DNA of 40,172 nucleotides, from UHGV virus genome UHGV-0207031. One strand, given 5' to 3'. The stretch is from a virus. Below the pieces are notes generated by a model, which searched no databases, was not told where the DNA came from, and worked only from the letters and a program-made list of their open reading frames with translations. Below are positions 27,344 through 36,067 of the stretch, in pieces. The stretch's first letter is position 1; each line of letters begins with the position of its first letter. A program made the translations under genes and the position numbers.

Positions 27344-27676
27344 TTACGCCTTCGTGAATGCCTGAGCGTATTCAACCATACGGCCAGGAGTTAACTGGAT
27401 AACGCTCATGTCGCCGATCGGAAGGAATCCGGAAGCAATCTTTGCGTTGCACTTAATGGTGAAGTCAGCGCGATCGGTACCAACAACGATGTCGTAATCA
27501 GTTACCGTAGTACCGCCAGCGGTCACAACCTGAAAGTATTCAGTTTTGGTTGATGTAGCCTTTACACCTACCAGACCACCATTAGGGAATCGAGAAGCAG
27601 CAATGTGAGCCTTTACGACAGGAACGAGGCTAGCTACAGATCCAGCCGTTGCTGTTTGAATTTCAGTAATAGCCAT
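27344..27676 (-). CDS. hypothetical protein (110 aa)
   Basis: Translationally coupled (TAATG) to the upstream basic peptide. Confidence 0.55.
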   Translation of the reverse strand: MAITEIQTATAGSVASLVPVVKAHIAASRFPNGGLVGVKATSTKTEYFQVVTAGGTTVTDYDIVVGTDRADFTIKCNAKIASGFLPIGDMSVIQLTPGRMVEYAQAFTKA

Positions 27677-27816
27677 TACTTAGCTCCTTTCTTTTTCTTC
27701 TTGCCGGCCTTGCTCATAGCAATGGCTACAGCCTGGTCAGGTTTCTTTCCTGACTTGATTTCGGTTGCGATGTTTTCACCGATAACCTTTTTGGATTTAC
27801 CCTTCTTTATCGGCAT
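27676..27816 (-). CDS. 46-aa lysine-rich basic peptide (MPIKKGKSKKVIGENIATEIKSGKKPDQAVAIAMSKAGKKKKKGAK)
   Basis: Good RBS AGGAGCAACAAA before the ATG. Confidence 0.4.
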   Translation of the reverse strand: MPIKKGKSKKVIGENIATEIKSGKKPDQAVAIAMSKAGKKKKKGAK

Positions 27817-28054
27817 TTTGTTGCTCCTGAATGTATGGAAGGAACGCATAAACAATTCGCTGCACCAGGTAGCAAAATGTTTCGTTCATCTCATTGTTGT
27901 TCGTCGGCACACCAACATGATGGCAAATCTCAAAGGCCAAATGACATGCCTCATGAGCGAGCACTGATGGCTCATGCACAAACACACCCATGATAAGCAA
28001 AGGCGTCTTGCCTTCTCGCTGATGGCTGTAAGCAAATCCATTGAATCCTGACAT
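27797..28054 (-). CDS. small HExxH-motif protein (85 aa), possible minimal or truncated Zn-metallopeptidase
   Basis: HEACH plus downstream HH. Same reading frame as Rz, continuing past its TAA. Weak RBS. Confidence 0.35.
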   Translation of the reverse strand: MSGFNGFAYSHQREGKTPLLIMGVFVHEPSVLAHEACHLAFEICHHVGVPTNNNEMNETFCYLVQRIVYAFLPYIQEQQNADKEG

Positions 28055-28159
28055 ATCCCACTCAAGACCCAGCTTAGAAAGATACTCTTTAGCTTCCTCC
28101 CTGCTTCTGAGGAGAATAATGTCAGCGCAATTGAAAAGTGGGACTTGATATCTTGGTGG

Positions 28160-28627
28160 TTATTTCAGGCACTGCGTGTTGATGTATTCCTGCAGCGCTC
28201 TCAGGGCTGACTGGTCTTTCTTGATTCCGGATCGGATACCGAGAACGTTTCGTCCAGCAACTGGAGAGAGTTCGACGGTGGCATCATTGCCCATGCCGGA
28301 GGAGCCGGAGGTTTCGGTTGTGGCTGGCACTGGACACTTGCCTTTGACGAGCACCCGGCCACCATTATCAAGCTTGCGCTGCAGAGCATCATTTTCAGCT
28401 TTAGCATCTGCCAGTTCCTGTGTGTATTTGGCATCGAGCTCAGCAACATCTCGCTGCCGGGTTGTCATATCGGTGATGGTGGCGTTAGCCAGATTCAGCG
28501 CCTGAGTTTTCTCATCGCGCTGCTTCTTGTATTCGGTGGCGTTGTCGCGGTAGTGATTAACAGCCCAGCCAAGCGAAACAATGATGCAAACGACAACAGC
28601 AATGATGATTGCGGTTAACCGGCTCAT
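28160..28627 (-). CDS. Rz: i-spanin Rz
   Basis: [30 protein letters not shown]...[21 protein letters not shown] closely parallels lambda Rz as remembered. Confidence 0.9.
   Translation of the reverse strand: MSRLTAIIIAVVVCIIVSLGWAVNHYRDNATEYKKQRDEKTQALNLANATITDMTTRQRDVAELDAKYTQELADAKAENDALQRKLDNGGRVLVKGKCPVPATTETSGSSGMGNDATVELSPVAGRNVLGIRSGIKKDQSALRALQEYINTQCLK
28201..28407 (-). CDS. Rz1: o-spanin Rz1 (outer-membrane lipoprotein) embedded in +1 frame of Rz
   Basis: [19 protein letters not shown] lipobox followed by a Pro-rich segment. Confidence 0.8.
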   Translation of the reverse strand: MLKLKMMLCSASLIMVAGCSSKASVQCQPQPKPPAPPAWAMMPPSNSLQLLDETFSVSDPESRKTSQP

Positions 28628-29100
28628 GATTTTGGCTCGTTTACCGTACCGCCAGCCTCTTTGAATTTGGCGATAAGGTTATCTGCTTTGTGCTCAAACT
28701 GACCGTAACCTGCTCCGGGGAGTGATGCCCAGATATTGCTGCAGCGATCGATGGCCTGACGGATGTCACCGGCGTCGATTAACTCCAGAGCGCGGCGCTC
28801 TTTAATCTGCTGCAATGCGACAGCGTCCTGGCTTGCAGGAGAGAAATCTTTCAGGCCAAGCTGCTTGCGGTAGGCATCCCACCAACGAGACAGCAACTGA
28901 TACCGACCGGCTGCCGTAGATTTGAGTTTCGGATTCAGCGTTACCAGCTTGCGAGGGTGATCTGAATAATCAGTGAATAACGAACCACCGACAATCACAT
29001 CGTATCCACGGTTGTTTGTAGGCTGTCCTTTTTTGTCAGTACCTTCTGACCATGCCAGCATGTCGAGGAATGCTTTACGCTGCGAGTTAATTGCTTGCAT
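28624..29100 (-). CDS. endolysin, lambda R-type lytic transglycosylase
   Basis: [19 protein letters not shown]...[41 protein letters not shown] nearly colinear with lambda R as remembered. Confidence 0.9.
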   Translation of the reverse strand: MQAINSQRKAFLDMLAWSEGTDKKGQPTNNRGYDVIVGGSLFTDYSDHPRKLVTLNPKLKSTAAGRYQLLSRWWDAYRKQLGLKDFSPASQDAVALQQIKERRALELIDAGDIRQAIDRCSNIWASLPGAGYGQFEHKADNLIAKFKEAGGTVNEPKS

Positions 29101-29407
29101 CGTCTACCCCTACCTTCTTGGCAGTGAATTTCTTGATAAGCGATCCGATTGTTGCCGTTCCCAGATAGCCAATAAACACGCTGCCGATATAGGCAAGGTT
29201 TGTACTCAGACCAATGAACACGAGAATGTCTCTTACGAACCAGGCAAACATCGCGCACATCAATCCATCAATAAGCGTCTTTGATAGCGTGTCTCCGTTA
29301 TAGCGGCCACGCAGGTACGCCATGATGAATGCCAGAATCGCACCAATGCCCTGCTCTTTGGCAGCTAGCAAAGCAGCGATGAAGTCTTGTTTGTAGGGCA
29401 TCTTCAT
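29087..29407 (-). CDS. class I holin (P22 gp13 / lambda S-like) with dual-start motif
   Basis: MKMPYKQ... dual-start motif. Three TM segments. Strong RBS GAGGAGAGAG. Confidence 0.85.
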   Translation of the reverse strand: MKMPYKQDFIAALLAAKEQGIGAILAFIMAYLRGRYNGDTLSKTLIDGLMCAMFAWFVRDILVFIGLSTNLAYIGSVFIGYLGTATIGSLIKKFTAKKVGVDDASN

Positions 29408-29510
29408 AGTCTCTCTCCTCGCAAGTGAAGCGGGAGCTGTGCGTTGTAGAGAAGCGACTCACCCATTGCGTTTAAGGGGTAAGTGTTTAGCTGTATGGAT
29501 GGGCGCGAAT

Positions 29511-29534
29511 AAAAAAGCCAGCGGCGATGCTGGC
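29511..29534 (-). terminator. intrinsic terminator between tRNA pair and holin (gccagc-atcgcc-gctggc + T6 on minus strand)
   Basis: Perfect 6-bp stem with the T-run only in minus orientation. Confidence 0.6.
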
Positions 29535-29591
29535 AAGATGAGGGTAAGGCAATGTCGGCTCTCTGTCCGAAGGGTCCCAGGTAGTGGGTTC

Positions 29592-29666
29592 TGGTGCCGG
29601 GCAAAGGAATCGAACCTCTGACGCGCAGCTTACAAGGCTGCCGTTCTGCCACTGAACTAGACCGGC
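29592..29666 (-). tRNA. tRNA-Thr (anticodon UGU)
   Basis: Cloverleaf GCCGGTCTAGTTCAGTGGCAGAACGGCAGCCTTGTAAGCTGCGCGTCAGAGGTTCGATTCCTTTGCCCGGCACCA. Anticodon loop cuUGUaa. One acceptor mismatch (6:67). Encoded CCA. Confidence 0.7.
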
Positions 29667-29671
29667 GAATT

Positions 29672-29747
29672 TGGTGGAACCCGATGGAATCGAACCATCT
29701 CCTAATGCTCTTCAGGCATCCGCGCGAACCATCTACGCCAGAGTTCC
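29672..29747 (-). tRNA. tRNA, anticodon GAA (Phe) by manual fold; unusual G37
   Basis: GGAACTCTGGCGTAGATGGTTCGCGCGGATGCCTGAAGAGCATTAGGAGATGGTTCGATTCCATCGGGTTCCACCA. T-arm GATGG-TTCGATT-CCATC. Anticodon loop cuGAAga. Confidence 0.5.
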
Positions 29748-29754
29748 AGATACG

Positions 29755-29783
29755 AAAAAGCCCAAGGCGTTAACCTCGGGCTT
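29755..29783 (-). terminator. tR'-like terminator downstream of late promoter (aagcccgagg-ttaacg-ccttgggctt + T5)
   Basis: 10-bp stem with one G-U pair, T-run on the minus strand. About 75 nt downstream of the predicted PR'. Confidence 0.55.
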
Positions 29784-29836
29784 GTATTCTTTGTGTCGAC
29801 AATCAAAGCTATGGCGACGATATCAGATTTACATGA

Positions 29837-29865
29837 AATATATGCGTTTCAGTTCGGTTTTGCAA
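29837..29865 (-). promoter_or_regulatory. candidate late promoter PR' (TTGCAA-17-TATATT) overlapping the 3' end of the Q-like gene
   Basis: -35 at 29865-29860 and -10 at 29842-29837 on the minus strand. Positioned like lambda PR'. Confidence 0.45.
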
Positions 29866-30538
29866 GACTTACATCTAAATTTGTCGCCTTTTGTTGTGAA
29901 CGTGATCGCGTTACAGAGATAAGCGCACCGCTATCGAGCCGCTTAAAGCTGTTACGCATAGCCAGCCAGTGAGGCAGATACGTTTCCGTCCAGGTCGATT
30001 TCGCTACGCCCGCCAGTTCTGCGAGCGCCTGGTATTCGTACGTCTCCCTCCCCGCCAGCTCAGCCTTAACGTCCTGAGCCGCCAGCCAGATAAGTTTCTT
30101 CAGGCGCTCCATCGTCTTGCCGGCCACCTTCTTCCCGCCAAGTTGTTCTCGGAACTCTGCCCACGCCCACTGGGTGATCGCCACCTGGTATTCGAAGCGG
30201 GTATTCTCGCTGTAGTTCCACAGCAGCCATGCTTTCTGATAGTCTTCCAGAGACAGGACAGCGCGGCGCCATGATGCGGTCACGAACTCAACCGGGCCCA
30301 CCAGCGCGATAGATGAGCCCTTTGCGCGGGATTGGCTGCCACTCATCGCTGGGCCGTCCGGGTTAACTTTCCGGCCGGTGACCGGGTCAGTGACTTTCTT
30401 CCGTCCCCGGCTGCGCGCCGTCGCGGTGAATTGCGCGTTCTCGGCGAAAGCTACCAGTTGCCCTTTCGTTGCCCCGCTGAGGTCCGCGGTCGCCACAATG
30501 AGCTGCTGACGTACGTATTCCAGTTGCTGACTGTTCAT
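29849..30538 (-). CDS. putative late-gene antiterminator Q
   Basis: 229-aa gene between the nin-like region and the PR'/tR' cassette. No motif was checked. Confidence 0.5.
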   Translation of the reverse strand: MNSQQLEYVRQQLIVATADLSGATKGQLVAFAENAQFTATARSRGRKKVTDPVTGRKVNPDGPAMSGSQSRAKGSSIALVGPVEFVTASWRRAVLSLEDYQKAWLLWNYSENTRFEYQVAITQWAWAEFREQLGGKKVAGKTMERLKKLIWLAAQDVKAELAGRETYEYQALAELAGVAKSTWTETYLPHWLAMRNSFKRLDSGALISVTRSRSQQKATNLDVSLAKPN

Positions 30539-30645
30539 GCGGCTTCCTTCTGAGGTTGTTTGGTCTGGCTGTGCTTTGCTACTGGCGGCAGGTTGGCGCG
30601 CTTAACGCTTTCTTCCTGGTATCTGACAATCTGGTCGCGGGTCAT
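30535..30645 (-). CDS. 36-aa ORF translationally coupled (ATGA) to both neighbours
   Basis: MTRDQIVRYQEESVKRANLPPVAKHSQTKQPQKEAA. Overlaps stop/start on both sides. Confidence 0.3.
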   Translation of the reverse strand: MTRDQIVRYQEESVKRANLPPVAKHSQTKQPQKEAA

Positions 30646-31025
30646 TCATCTACCCTCTCGTTCTGCCAAAGAGGGAATGGAGATTTATCCCCGGCGCGGC
30701 GTATGCGGGACTTGGCGTTCTTCTCAATCTGAATGAGCTTATCGATGTTCTGGCGGCGCTGCTTTTCTTCCCGTCGGAGATATTTCACGCTTTCCATGTA
30801 GCGAGACTCCTGGTCGCAAAGCGTCATCAAAAAGTCAAAAGGCTCGATCAATGTTTCGCACTTACGGCAGCGCAACGTCCTGTCCTTTTCGTTCACCCAC
30901 ACAGTGGAGTGCAGGCACATGACCTTCTGACCTTCGCGCTGAATTACCAGCCCGTCCTGTAGATCGTCATTCTTCGTCGGAAACGCGACAACCTTGCCCA
31001 GTTCAATTTCGGTTTCTGTGCTCAT
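30642..31025 (-). CDS. hypothetical nin-region protein (127 aa)
   Basis: ATGA coupling to the NinG-like gene. Confidence 0.55.
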   Translation of the reverse strand: MSTETEIELGKVVAFPTKNDDLQDGLVIQREGQKVMCLHSTVWVNEKDRTLRCRKCETLIEPFDFLMTLCDQESRYMESVKYLRREEKQRRQNIDKLIQIEKNAKSRIRRAGDKSPFPLWQNERVDE

Positions 31026-31648
31026 GCTGCCTCCTGTCGGCGGGCGCGGCGTTTTTCCAGCGCGCGGGCTTTACGGGTGAAAATGGATTTGATGCGCTGC
31101 AGGTATGGGATGTCGAACCGGCGGACAGTGTTATCGTTGTTTATCGCCTCAACTTTTTCGGCACCGATGCGCTCAATAAGTCCCTGTTCAAAAGCCTTTT
31201 GCGCGCCGTCCCGATCCCGGTTGCAATAGACACACTGGGCTGCGGTATTGTGAAGGTTGAAAGCCAGATGTGCCGCTGCGCCGCGGGTGCGGTAGTGGCC
31301 GCAGTCCATGGTTCCGCCAAACTTCTGCTCAGGCATACGCCCGCAACTGATGCAGGGCTTACCAGCGTCGCGCAGACGTACATAACGGTTAAAAGCGTCC
31401 TGGGCTTCTTTTCTCCATTGAGGTTTCGTCTTCAACGCAATGCGACGCTCGCGCAGACGCTTGCGATCGGCTTTCTCGGCTTCGTGTTTTTCCTTGATGC
31501 GTTTCGCTTCTGCTTTCACCTTCTCCTTAGCGCGCAGATCCATTGCGTAAATAGCGCCATGCTCAGGGCAGCACCAGCGAATGTTGTCGTATGCCGGGAT
31601 GAACCACTCATTGCATACTTTGCACTTACGGCGGGATGGTTTACTCAT
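31022..31648 (-). CDS. ninG: NinG/Rap-like recombination-promoting nuclease
   Basis: [16 protein letters not shown]...CISCG...[26 protein letters not shown] parallels lambda NinG Cys/His clusters as remembered. Confidence 0.8.
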   Translation of the reverse strand: MSKPSRRKCKVCNEWFIPAYDNIRWCCPEHGAIYAMDLRAKEKVKAEAKRIKEKHEAEKADRKRLRERRIALKTKPQWRKEAQDAFNRYVRLRDAGKPCISCGRMPEQKFGGTMDCGHYRTRGAAAHLAFNLHNTAAQCVYCNRDRDGAQKAFEQGLIERIGAEKVEAINNDNTVRRFDIPYLQRIKSIFTRKARALEKRRARRQEAA

Positions 31649-32309
31649 GGTCACCACCTTGGACCTGTACCAGCGTGAGGTTTCCGCAAAAAACAGCTCC
31701 TGTGTCGATGTACATCTGGTTGGCATACTTCAGGGGCTGGCGCGCAGGGGTGTGGCCGAAGATAAACAGATCAGCACCGGCTATCGGCGAAACAATGCCG
31801 TCCAGAGCGTCGCTAACCCGCTCACGATTCCAGATCACCATTTCTTCGGGTATTGGCTTATCGAACGCATATTCGTTATGCGGGTAGTCAGCGTGGCAGA
31901 TAACCACCTTCCGGTCGCCAGTCACCAGTTCGATGATTAGCGGAAGTTCAGCGGCCTTGCGTACGAGTGCTTTAGCCAGAATTTCTTTTTCGTAATCGAG
32001 ATAGAAGAACCAGCCGCCGCCGTTTGCCAGCCAGTGGTTAACGTTTCCATACTCCGACAAGCCATCAATCATCATCTGCTCATGGTTTCCGCGCACAGCC
32101 CGGAACCACGGCATGGTAATCAACTCCAGGCACTCGACGTTTTCCGCGCCGCGGTCAACAAGGTCACCAACCGAGATCAGCAAATCACGCGCAGGGTCGA
32201 ACGAAACTTTTTCGAGCTCATTCATCAGCAGCGTGTAGCACCCATGCAGATCGCCGACGACGAAGATATTGCGCCAGTCAGCGCCATTAATGCGTTGATA
32301 CATGCTCAT
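31641..32309 (-). CDS. Ser/Thr protein phosphatase (lambda NinI-like metallophosphoesterase)
   Basis: GDLHGCY, GDLVDRG and GNHE motifs. Confidence 0.85.
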   Translation of the reverse strand: MSMYQRINGADWRNIFVVGDLHGCYTLLMNELEKVSFDPARDLLISVGDLVDRGAENVECLELITMPWFRAVRGNHEQMMIDGLSEYGNVNHWLANGGGWFFYLDYEKEILAKALVRKAAELPLIIELVTGDRKVVICHADYPHNEYAFDKPIPEEMVIWNRERVSDALDGIVSPIAGADLFIFGHTPARQPLKYANQMYIDTGAVFCGNLTLVQVQGGDHE

Positions 32310-32476
32310 GCGGATTTTCTCCTTGCTGCGAGGCGCAGCCATTTCTGATCCACCAGGCGGGCGGTGTAATCTTTCAGGGTCGGGATGTCGGACGGCTTAA
32401 CCACGGGCTTACGCTGGCGGCGCGCCGGAACGCGGAAGATTTCGTTTGTGATGACGCGGGAAAGTGGAGTAGACAT
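32306..32476 (-). CDS. hypothetical small basic protein (56 aa)
   Basis: ATGA coupling at both ends, between the HNH gene and the phosphatase. Confidence 0.4.
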   Translation of the reverse strand: MSTPLSRVITNEIFRVPARRQRKPVVKPSDIPTLKDYTARLVDQKWLRLAARRKSA

Positions 32477-33057
32477 CAGGCCTCCTGCTTATCGCGCAGC
32501 TGCTGGAACTCGCAGCCGGACGGGATCGGGCAATAACTCCATTTCATACCCCTGTGCTCACCTTGGTGACCATTAATTGAGGCATGCACCAGCGCAGGGT
32601 TGCATCCGTAATGCTTAGTCGACTGCATTGACGGGAACCAATATCCGAACCCCTTCCCTTCTGCGATTACAGGCCTTTTATTCTTATTTGAAAGGCCTGT
32701 TTCATTAGCATGCTTCATGTTCATCGCATGGGTGCACCACTCAAGGTTTTCTGGCAGGTTATTGTGCTTGTTGCTGTCTATATGGTTTACATGTGGATAG
32801 CCATGAGGGTTTGGAATAAATGCCAATGCCACAAATCTGTGGAGCAATTCATGCTTATTAGACAACGACACTCGAACGTACTGGGATGATGTGCAGCCTT
32901 TCAAAATGCGGCCTGCAATTGCTCTGGTTGTCCATGTCTTCTTGTCTTTTCCGCATGTATTCACTTTACGAGGCAAGCTTCTGACATGAGCAAGTGAGCT
33001 AACCTCAAAGCGGCCTTCATACCCCGGAACCGGCTTCCATACTTCATTCTCAAGCAT
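32476..33057 (-). CDS. HNH homing endonuclease (NUMOD4-type N-terminus plus HNH_3 motif)
   Basis: WKPVPGYEGRFEVSSLAHVRS (NUMOD4) and HVNHIDSNKHNNLPENLEW (HNH). Start overlaps the ninB 3' end by about 8 nt. Confidence 0.8.
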   Translation of the reverse strand: MLENEVWKPVPGYEGRFEVSSLAHVRSLPRKVNTCGKDKKTWTTRAIAGRILKGCTSSQYVRVSLSNKHELLHRFVALAFIPNPHGYPHVNHIDSNKHNNLPENLEWCTHAMNMKHANETGLSNKNKRPVIAEGKGFGYWFPSMQSTKHYGCNPALVHASINGHQGEHRGMKWSYCPIPSGCEFQQLRDKQEA

Positions 33058-33481
33058 GATCATGTCCTTTAGCGTGATATTCGGAATTAGCGGGAATCCG
33101 GAGCTTGATGCCGCGCTCTGCGCACCAGACTTCGATGCGGCGTAGGTAAAAGGTCATCTCTTCGGTGTCGAGTAGCTTTGTTGACTTCACCATCTTGGTA
33201 TCACCAAGAACGGTTACTGGCTTGGCAGGACAGAACATATCCTTCAGAAACTCATGAAGGTCTTCCTCGGTTAACTTGCTTTCGGAGTGATGGTTGACGG
33301 CAGATGCAACATCGCTATTCCACATCCAGAGAAGAGAATTTTGGGAAAGGCTACGCTTGTCCTTCCAGGGTTTGATGATGAGGCGATAGCAGTCGCCAGA
33401 TTCCAGCATTGGCTGTATCTGCTGCCCGATGGCGGAAAAGTTGGATTTGTGCAGACGAATGCCGTCTTTGTTCATGCTCAT
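33050..33481 (-). CDS. ninB: NinB (Orf-family recombination mediator)
   Basis: RSLSQNSLLWMWNSDVA resembles the lambda NinB RSLDQNRKLWA motif as remembered. Position in the nin region. Confidence 0.7.
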   Translation of the reverse strand: MSMNKDGIRLHKSNFSAIGQQIQPMLESGDCYRLIIKPWKDKRSLSQNSLLWMWNSDVASAVNHHSESKLTEEDLHEFLKDMFCPAKPVTVLGDTKMVKSTKLLDTEEMTFYLRRIEVWCAERGIKLRIPANSEYHAKGHDHA

Positions 33482-33692
33482 ACGGTCTCCTTAATGGAAA
33501 CCGCAGAATGCAGAGAATCGCAGGTGCATTTCTGCATCTGTGACAAGGTGAGGAGTTCAGATTGTTGTCGCATTTAAGTCCCCTTAAATGCGCAGAAGTC
33601 ACCGGAGTTGTTCAGGCTCCGATGACTTAATTATGGATGGATGATTATTGGAAATCAAACGTTGCTTGACGTTTAGTTATGCGTCGAATGGG

Positions 33693-34028
33693 TTAGGCAT
33701 CATCCACCTCTGGCTTTTTGAAGTTAGCCTCAATGGACTCGCCAAGGCGCTTTAACCAATCAGCCAGTTTTAGCGCCGCTTCTTCCGGAGATTTCTGCCC
33801 GGGGAAGTCAGTGATGATGATGCTGGCTTGATGATTCCCAAATCCATCTCTGTTTATCACCATACCCTGCTCAAGCACCGTCTGCTGGTTGCTGTGCTTA
33901 ACGTAGTAACGTGCCTCAGAGTTTCCAGTGCTGCGCTCCTTCACGTAAGAGACAAGTTCCACCTCAGTGGTGATGGTCTTACCTCGCTCTGACTCAAGAC
34001 GCTGAACTCGCTTAGCGAAATCGTTCAT
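33693..34028 (-). CDS. hypothetical protein (111 aa)
   Basis: ATGA-coupled to the upstream gene. Confidence 0.55.
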   Translation of the reverse strand: MNDFAKRVQRLESERGKTITTEVELVSYVKERSTGNSEARYYVKHSNQQTVLEQGMVINRDGFGNHQASIIITDFPGQKSPEEAALKLADWLKRLGESIEANFKKPEVDDA

Positions 34029-34690
34029 TTAGCCTCCTGCTGCGGTGCTGCTGGAATTTGAGCCCAGTGTGTTACCTGCTTAAGATGTAGGTCATTCCCA
34101 TCGCCATCATCCCAACATGGACATCCATCGCCGAACCAGTCTGCGTAGATACCAATCTGAATGTTTGGCAAGTTTGCTGGGTACTGCTTTCCACTAAAGT
34201 CAGCAGCCAGCACATAATCGCGCTCCGGCATCCGCTCACTGCACGGAATCCACTCCTTCACAGGTTCTGCACCCTGAAGCATGGCGGCGCGGCAGGCGTT
34301 CCAGCCCCACATCGCAGACCATGCATCCTGTCTACCTGTATCTTCCCTGTATCGCTGTGTATTTTGAAATGTCCATTCATCTGGGACTGAATGTGCCAGC
34401 GGTGGTGCTTTGAATAGCGCTGTACAGATTATCTCATGCTCATTGATATCTTCCGGGCTAACATATTTTGATGCATGACTTCGGCTAAGATGCCCATCAG
34501 TGCCACGCTCTCGCTCGTATTTGTCTTGAATAATGTACGCCACAGGCTCCGCTTCGAGCGATGCCAGCGCCAGCTTCATCGCCGCCAGCGCCCGGGCTGC
34601 ATCTTCGTTTACTGTGCCAGGCACAGCATCGCGCTCTTCTTCAAGCTCCGCTATGGTCTTGAGCAGCCATTCTTTAGTAAGTGTGCTCAT
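34025..34690 (-). CDS. DUF551-like phage protein (221 aa)
   Basis: C-terminal ..VTHWAQIPAAPQ motif typical of DUF551. Confidence 0.55.
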   Translation of the reverse strand: MSTLTKEWLLKTIAELEEERDAVPGTVNEDAARALAAMKLALASLEAEPVAYIIQDKYERERGTDGHLSRSHASKYVSPEDINEHEIICTALFKAPPLAHSVPDEWTFQNTQRYREDTGRQDAWSAMWGWNACRAAMLQGAEPVKEWIPCSERMPERDYVLAADFSGKQYPANLPNIQIGIYADWFGDGCPCWDDGDGNDLHLKQVTHWAQIPAAPQQEAK

Positions 34691-34693
34691 GGG

Positions 34694-34903
34694 TTAGTCC
34701 TCAACCTTTCTGCCGCACATGGGGCAATGGTTAAACTTATTGGCAAAGCCCGGATGAGGGATCGCATAATGACGCGTGCGCTCATTCCAGTCGGCGATTT
34801 TCTTTTCAAATAAGGCAACGCTTTGCTCCCAGTCGCCCTGATAGATCTTTGTCGCGCCGATCATCCCGGTTACACAGCGGAGGCATTTGTCAGCCATGCT
34901 CAC
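34694..34903 (-). CDS. small zinc-ribbon protein (CxxC...CxxC)
   Basis: CLRC...CPMC pairs. 69 aa. Confidence 0.5.
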   Translation of the reverse strand: MSMADKCLRCVTGMIGATKIYQGDWEQSVALFEKKIADWNERTRHYAIPHPGFANKFNHCPMCGRKVED

Positions 34904-35349
34904 TCTCCTTTACCGGCTGCGGCGACGTTGACTCCAGCATCGTGCAGTGCCTCAAGCACCTGATGCTGCTTGTAAACCATTTCCGTGTGATAAGGCTCAT
35001 TGAAATCGACGCGATGCAACATGCTATAGCGCTGTGGAAGTACAACCTCCCGCGCCTCCAGCTCAGCAATCCGCTTCTCTGCGGCTTCCAGCTCATCCTT
35101 CAGGCGCTTTGTTTCACGCTGAACGTGCTCACTGATGAATCTCAAGCCCAACGCAGAGGCTTTACCCTTTGGTGTCAGAAGTCCAAGCTGAGTGCAGATT
35201 GTCGTAGCCGTGTGCCCGCACCGCCAACCCGCAGCGGCATCAATAACCGTTTCGGCCAGAATGTTTTTCAGGTCATCTCTGCCGAAATTTGTTCCTGCGA
35301 AAGCCTGGCTGATCGCTTCGACTGTTAGCGCCTGTTTGTTGATGTTCAT
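34900..35349 (-). CDS. hypothetical protein with C-terminal coiled coil (149 aa)
   Basis: Gene-chain coupling. Confidence 0.55.
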   Translation of the reverse strand: MNINKQALTVEAISQAFAGTNFGRDDLKNILAETVIDAAAGWRCGHTATTICTQLGLLTPKGKASALGLRFISEHVQRETKRLKDELEAAEKRIAELEAREVVLPQRYSMLHRVDFNEPYHTEMVYKQHQVLEALHDAGVNVAAAGKGE

Positions 35350-35750
35350 TGGGCTGCTCCCTGGGTTGATCGGTCACGAATTTTTAACGTTTCTGCGTTG
35401 TAGAATTCTGCATAGGCCTTGCGCCGCTTACTCATTCCGACCGCAAGTCGGTATGCACGAAAAGAGAATTTTCGGTCACCATCTCCCGCTTGCTCCAGCA
35501 AGTGCTCGCGCAACATTGTGTAGAAGAATGAATGCCCATCACCATCAACATCATGAGGCCAGTCGGTTTCTTTCAGCAGCCACTCACGCGCATCACAGCA
35601 GGCCTTGCATGTTTTGAAGTGGCTCGGGTCTCCGTCATAAACGATGAATACGCGTTCGTATTGCTCGCCCGGATTGATAGCTCCATAGCATTCACAGCAA
35701 CGATGATGCTTATTGGCTTTAACCATGGATGTAGTGTCAAAGTTGCTCAT
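35346..35750 (-). CDS. Cys-rich (CC-x-C-x...C-x2-CC) hypothetical protein (134 aa)
   Basis: ATG 35750 overlapping the upstream stop (ATGA). HHRCCECYG...CKACCD. Confidence 0.5.
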   Translation of the reverse strand: MSNFDTTSMVKANKHHRCCECYGAINPGEQYERVFIVYDGDPSHFKTCKACCDAREWLLKETDWPHDVDGDGHSFFYTMLREHLLEQAGDGDRKFSFRAYRLAVGMSKRRKAYAEFYNAETLKIRDRSTQGAAQ

Positions 35751-36067
35751 GCTGATGCTCTCCCGCCCCTGACAGAAGCCAGGCACTGATTGAATAGGTT
35801 GTTAAGAGGATTAGGTGTGTCACGGTTGGACTGTTTTGGAATCCGCTTCGGCGTGATAACTGGCCGGTCTTCCGGGCGAACAACGAAGTATCGATAACGC
35901 TTCTCGAAGCCCTCACGTCGCAAAGTTTTAACCCTGGTCAGCTCGGTTAATGCCGAAGCTATCGCCCCTTTCTGGATGGATGTGTCGCGACGGATATCAG
36001 ACATGTAGCAGCCGGGATGATCGGTTACGTACTGGATGATTTCAGCCTTATGGCCGGTACCTCTCAT
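35747..36067 (-). CDS. hypothetical winged-helix-like DNA-binding protein (106 aa)
   Basis: Coupled chain. Basic C-terminus. Confidence 0.45.
   Translation of the reverse strand: MRGTGHKAEIIQYVTDHPGCYMSDIRRDTSIQKGAIASALTELTRVKTLRREGFEKRYRYFVVRPEDRPVITPKRIPKQSNRDTPNPLNNLFNQCLASVRGGRASA

Noticed and set aside
29404-29652. 82-aa minus-strand ORF (and 60-aa plus-strand ORF) overlapping the tRNA pair
   Set aside because: They overlap two well-folded tRNA genes and a terminator. No RBS. Judged a spurious ORF-track artefact.
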